Source: Flavobacteriales bacterium (GTDB taxonomy: Bacteria; Bacteroidota; Bacteroidia; Palsa-965). Taken from it: a stretch of DNA of 64,000 bases. Location: assembly GCA_040377305.1 (NCBI GenBank), contig JBEIPA010000022.1:17503-81502 (forward strand), written 5' to 3'. The position numbers and the translations under genes are program-made. Of this stretch, positions 60,064-64,000 are shown piece by piece; position 1 is the stretch's first letter, and every line of letters starts with the position of its first letter. Below the pieces are notes generated by a model. That model was not told the origin of the DNA and did not search any database. It saw only the letters and a program-made list of their open reading frames with translations.

Positions 60064-61014
60064 ATGCTCAACAGGAGATACCTACGCATCAAAGCCATGC
60101 AAACTGTTTACAGCTTTTTCCAATCGGATGATGCTGATCTCGCTGCAGGCGAAAAAGACTTATTACGCAGCATAGACAGAACTTACGACCTGTATCTCAC
60201 TGCACTTATTTTTCCGTGTGAGTTGGCTGATTTTGCGGCTAACAAGCAGGAGATTGCACGTGGTAAGCACTTGCCAACTGCGGAAGATCTTAATCCGAAC
60301 ACCAAGTTTCTTGAGAACAAGCTGATCAAAAAAATCCGTGAGTCGGGGAGTGTTCAACGCGAAGTAAACGCCCACCGAATTGGCTGGCAAAGTGACCAGT
60401 CGCTGGATCTTATCCGTAAAACCTGGGAACAAATCAGGAATTGGGACGCGTACAAAGTGTACATGTCAACACCGGAAAATACGTGGATTGAAGACGTTGA
60501 ATTCGTAAACGACATTTTCAGAAAGTTCGTTGGCGATTCAGATATTTTCGAGCAGTATATTGAAGAGATCAGCCTTCACTGGCCAGGTGATATGAATATG
60601 GCGGTTGCGCCTGCTTTGATCAAGACGTGCGAAGCCATTGTTGAAGAAGAAGACATCAAGCTTGCACCGCTTTACAAAGATCCGGAGGATGATAAGAAAT
60701 TCGTGGTCGAACTTTTCCGCAAGACTGTCCTGGAGAACGAAGCATCTTCGGCCTTAATTGGTGAGAAGACGAAGAATTGGGAAGTTGATCGTATTGCCAA
60801 GATGGATGTAATTCTGATGCAAATGGCGATTACAGAGTTGAAGAGCTTTGCAAGTATTCCTGTAAAAGTGACTTTAAACGAATACATCGAGATTTCGAAA
60901 ACATACAGCACACCGAAATCGCGTCAGTTTATCAATGGAATTCTGGATAAACTGGTTGCAGATTTCAGAGAGAAGGGCTTGATTCAGAAGACGGGTCGCG
61001 GTTTGATGGAGTAG
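60064..61014 (+). CDS. nusB: Transcription antitermination factor NusB
   Basis: MLNRRYLRIKAMQ; NWEVDRIA...VTLNEYIEISK.YST..S..FINGILD. Confidence 0.94.
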   Translation: MLNRRYLRIKAMQTVYSFFQSDDADLAAGEKDLLRSIDRTYDLYLTALIFPCELADFAANKQEIARGKHLPTAEDLNPNTKFLENKLIKKIRESGSVQREVNAHRIGWQSDQSLDLIRKTWEQIRNWDAYKVYMSTPENTWIEDVEFVNDIFRKFVGDSDIFEQYIEEISLHWPGDMNMAVAPALIKTCEAIVEEEDIKLAPLYKDPEDDKKFVVELFRKTVLENEASSALIGEKTKNWEVDRIAKMDVILMQMAITELKSFASIPVKVTLNEYIEISKTYSTPKSRQFINGILDKLVADFREKGLIQKTGRGLME

Positions 61015-61134
61015 CTCACCGTTAGGTCGTTAATTAGTTCACCGTTCTTTTTACCGCAAATAACTGTTAACGGTGAACCAATTAACCTTGAACGGTCGAA
61101 CGAATTGAGTATTTTTGAGCAAAATTATAACATT

Positions 61135-61644
61135 ATGAAAAACGTTTTTTCGCTGAAGAGCTACTTCGTTTTCATCCTCGCAATTGGTCTTGTTGCTTGT
61201 GCTCCGCGCAAAGAAAAAGACATTGACACCGACATGGTGAACATTGATGCTTCGGCTAGCGGGAATGCTCCAACGGGCAAAGCTCCTCAAATGAAGTTTG
61301 ATCGAACCGAACACGATTTCGGAACTATCTCACAAGGTGAACGAGTAACGACTCAGTTCAAATTCAAGAACACGGGTGGATCAGATCTCGTTATTTCTGA
61401 AGCTCACGGTAGCTGCGGATGTACAGTTCCTGATTATCCACGCAAAGCAATTGCTCCTGGTGCCGAAGATGTAATCAAAGTTGAATTCAACAGCGAAGGC
61501 AAATCAGGTCAACAGGAAAAAACAGTTACACTTACAACAAACTGTGAGCCTCCAACACTTATTCTTACCGTTAAAGCAGACGTTGTAGTTCCTGCTGAGC
61601 GTGGTGGAACAGGCGAAGAAAGCCACGAAGGTCACAATCACTAA
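61135..61644 (+). CDS. DUF1573 domain lipoprotein
   Basis: Lipobox LVAC; HDFGTI...FKNTG..DLVI...GSCGCTVP. Confidence 0.88.
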   Translation: MKNVFSLKSYFVFILAIGLVACAPRKEKDIDTDMVNIDASASGNAPTGKAPQMKFDRTEHDFGTISQGERVTTQFKFKNTGGSDLVISEAHGSCGCTVPDYPRKAIAPGAEDVIKVEFNSEGKSGQQEKTVTLTTNCEPPTLILTVKADVVVPAERGGTGEESHEGHNH

Positions 61645-61665
61645 TCAATCAACATAAAAACAAGT

Positions 61666-62043
61666 ATGTCTTTAATTACAACTCTTCTTCAAGAAGCTCC
61701 TGCGGCTGTCGATTCAACTGGAAAAAGTAGCGGCGGTGGAATGTTCCAGATCCTTTTGCTCGTAGCAATGATCGGTGTATTCTATTTCTTCCTCATTGCA
61801 CCACAACGTAAAAAAGCAAAAGAACAAGGCAAATTCACGGAAGACGTGAAAAAAGGCGACAAGGTTGCAACTATCGGTGGCATCGTTGGAAAAGTTCTTG
61901 AATTGCGCACGAAGACTTTCATTATCGAAACTGAAGGTGGCGGACGTTTGCAATTGCTTCGTTCTGCTATTTCTTTCGAGAACACACGTGCATTGAATGC
62001 TGAAGAGGAGAAGAAAGATTCGAAAGACGATAAGAAAGCTTAA
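61666..62043 (+). CDS. yajC: Preprotein translocase subunit YajC
   Basis: TM helix, FYFFLIAPQRKK, KKGDKVATIGGIVGKV. Confidence 0.93.
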   Translation: MSLITTLLQEAPAAVDSTGKSSGGGMFQILLLVAMIGVFYFFLIAPQRKKAKEQGKFTEDVKKGDKVATIGGIVGKVLELRTKTFIIETEGGGRLQLLRSAISFENTRALNAEEEKKDSKDDKKA

Positions 62044-62061
62044 CCTTCTAATTCAACCGCG

Positions 62062-63045
62062 GTGAGTTCGCAAAACACAAAACGCGGGGAATCCCGGACA
62101 CGACAAGTGCCGTGGAGTCCCCGCGTTTCTGCATTCTTAGTGTGTGTGCTGCTCGCAGGCGGATTCTGGTTCCTTCATGCGTTGTCCAAAACGTACGATG
62201 AACTCGTGAAGGTAAAAGTGGAATACATCAATCTTCCTGCAGCGCGAATGATGCCGAAAGACCTTCCGGATTCACTCAACGCAAAAATTCAGGCCAGCGG
62301 ATTTTCATTACTCACTTTCCTGTGGTCATCCGACTACGATCCGATTCAGCTTGACTTGAGTCGTGCACGTTCCATAGGTGGTGGCGAATACGCTCTCGTA
62401 ACGAATTGGAAAACGTATTCCGTTCAGTCGAGTGTGGGAAAAGAAATTAAAATCATTCGCCTTTATCCCGACACAGTTGTCATCAGCTTCGAAGGGAAAA
62501 TGGAGAAACAGGTTCCTGTGCGGGCGAAAGCCGAAATCAACTGCGCGCCGATGTACCGAATTGGCGACAGCATTACCGTTTCTCCGCAGTATGTAACCAT
62601 CAGTGGTCCGGAAGCTTTGCTCGAGCGAATTTCCTACGTGGAAACCGAACGACGCACATACGATGACGTTACATCGAACATTGATGAAGACGTAAAACTT
62701 GTTCTTCCGGAAGGCGTGACACAAGTGAGTGTACAGCCTTCTGTTGTAAAACTTCACGCGACGATCGGAAAGTACACCGAAGGACGCTTTACCATTCCGT
62801 TGAACACGATCAACGTTCCACCGAATGTCGATCTGAAAACATTCCCCGATAAAGTGGATGTAATTTTTCAGGTACCGGTTGAAGATTTCGCTGCCATCAA
62901 ACCTGAGATGTTCCGTGCTGTTGCAGACTATCGTAAAGTGCAAAGCGGATCACAAAGTCTTGTAGTAGAAGTTGTGCGTGCGCCAATGGTTATTCGTCAG
63001 TTGAAAACGGAACCGGCTCGGGTCGATTTCATCATCCGGAAGTAG
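62062..63045 (+). CDS. YbbR/CdaR-like domain protein
   Basis: N-terminal TM (FWFLHALSK), KQVPV...VTISGP repeats; follows yajC. Confidence 0.8.
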   Translation: MSSQNTKRGESRTRQVPWSPRVSAFLVCVLLAGGFWFLHALSKTYDELVKVKVEYINLPAARMMPKDLPDSLNAKIQASGFSLLTFLWSSDYDPIQLDLSRARSIGGGEYALVTNWKTYSVQSSVGKEIKIIRLYPDTVVISFEGKMEKQVPVRAKAEINCAPMYRIGDSITVSPQYVTISGPEALLERISYVETERRTYDDVTSNIDEDVKLVLPEGVTQVSVQPSVVKLHATIGKYTEGRFTIPLNTINVPPNVDLKTFPDKVDVIFQVPVEDFAAIKPEMFRAVADYRKVQSGSQSLVVEVVRAPMVIRQLKTEPARVDFIIRK

Positions 63046-63909
63046 ATGGTCATCACCGAGCGCTTTACGGATATTCTTGTTGACTTTCCGAAGAAGATCA
63101 TTCTCTCGGACAAGAACGGAGAATACAGCACGCAACAGATATACAATGCAACGCAGTATTTGCTCAGCGAAGAAATGCGTGCTGTGTCGGGTATGGGAAC
63201 CCGACAACACCCACGCATTTGTATTCTCTGCAATCCCGGCTTGAGTTACGTGAGTTCCATGCTCGCAGGTTGGATGAGCGGAGCAATGGTAGTTCCGATG
63301 TGCATCACACATCCTCCAGCAGAGATTCAGCACGTTCTCGACGACGCACAGCCTTCTTTGATTATTGTGGATGCAGATTTGAAATCACTTCTTCCTGCAA
63401 CGAGAATCAAAACCATCACACCCGATTTTAAGAAAGCGATTAAAGAATACATCCCGGCGAATTACACCACTCCGTTGGCATCTCATCCGGCAATGATGTT
63501 GTATACAAGCGGCACGACCGGAAAACCAAAAGGTGTTGTGCATACACACGGGTCACTTTCTGCGCAAATTGAATGTCTGGTCGGCGCATGGAAGTGGACA
63601 GAAGACGATCGCATATTGCATTTTCTGCCTTTGCATCATACACATGGAATCGTGAATAAATGGTTGTGTGCGTTGTGGACCGGCGCTCGCTGTGATATGA
63701 TGCAGAAGTTTGACGCGAAGGAAGTTCTGGAGCGGATTTCGAAAGAGAACTACACGCTTTTTATGGCGGTGCCGACGGTGTATGTGAAGATGATTGACGA
63801 ATTATCATCCCTCGGTACGACGGGTGCAAATTTGCAAGCGGCTCCGCCGATTTCCGAGTCTACTCCTTTAGACTTGTGGTTAATTCAGAACTTGCCAACA
63901 AAAAGCTAA
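63046..63909 (+). pseudogene. Acyl-CoA synthetase (MatB/ACSF3-like), C-terminally truncated
   Basis: YTSGTTGKPKG, LPLHHTHG and FMAVPTVY are present, but family similarity stops near 63813; the YGMTE, TGD and C-terminal domain motifs are absent. Confidence 0.7.
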
Positions 63910-64000
63910 ACAGGTAAAGCTACCTAACAGTTTACTCTAGGATTCGAGCCTAGAGACCGATTCAGTGCTTTACCTGTTTTCTTCAAGTGATGCTCAAATA

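Noticed and set aside
63810-63846. Group II intron domain V on the minus strand (GAGCCG...)
   Set aside because: The 3' half lacks the CGGTTC pairing partner, and there is no GTGCG 5' end on the plus strand.

Overview
Bacterial chromosomal window from a Bacteroidota genome, shown by many T9SS C-terminal-domain proteins, a PorP/SprF partner, PorD, the bamD-rpoZ-coaBC-porD and nusB-DUF1573-yajC clusters, and TAnnTTTG promoters. Housekeeping genes (tRNA-Ser, ssb, phrB, clpB, rpsA, sucC, pyrD and others) alternate with accessory secreted or surface proteins. No CRISPR array, integrase, transposase, reverse transcriptase, prophage or rRNA was found. Main observations: (1) At two loci a gene's 3' end is present twice and the copies differ essentially only at synonymous positions. 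One pair brackets a 4.5-kb T9SS cargo gene (MBL hydrolase locus). The other brackets an 85-bp palindrome-ended element (porD locus). This suggests an integrase-free '3'-end-swap' insertion route. (2) Intergenic DNA holds many small non-coding elements: a 145-bp MITE-like unit on the tRNA 3' end, several REP families, and inverted 6-8-nt tandem arrays, some abutting promoters. (3) Two tiny paralogous ORFs lie downstream of clpB, one missing from the ORF track. (4) A single in-frame TGA splits a T9SS tail-fibre/S74 protein. (5) Mutually exclusive hairpins cover the coaBC start codon. (6) An acyl-CoA synthetase breaks off into a strongly structured non-coding stretch at the right edge. All family calls are from motif recognition by eye, without database searches.
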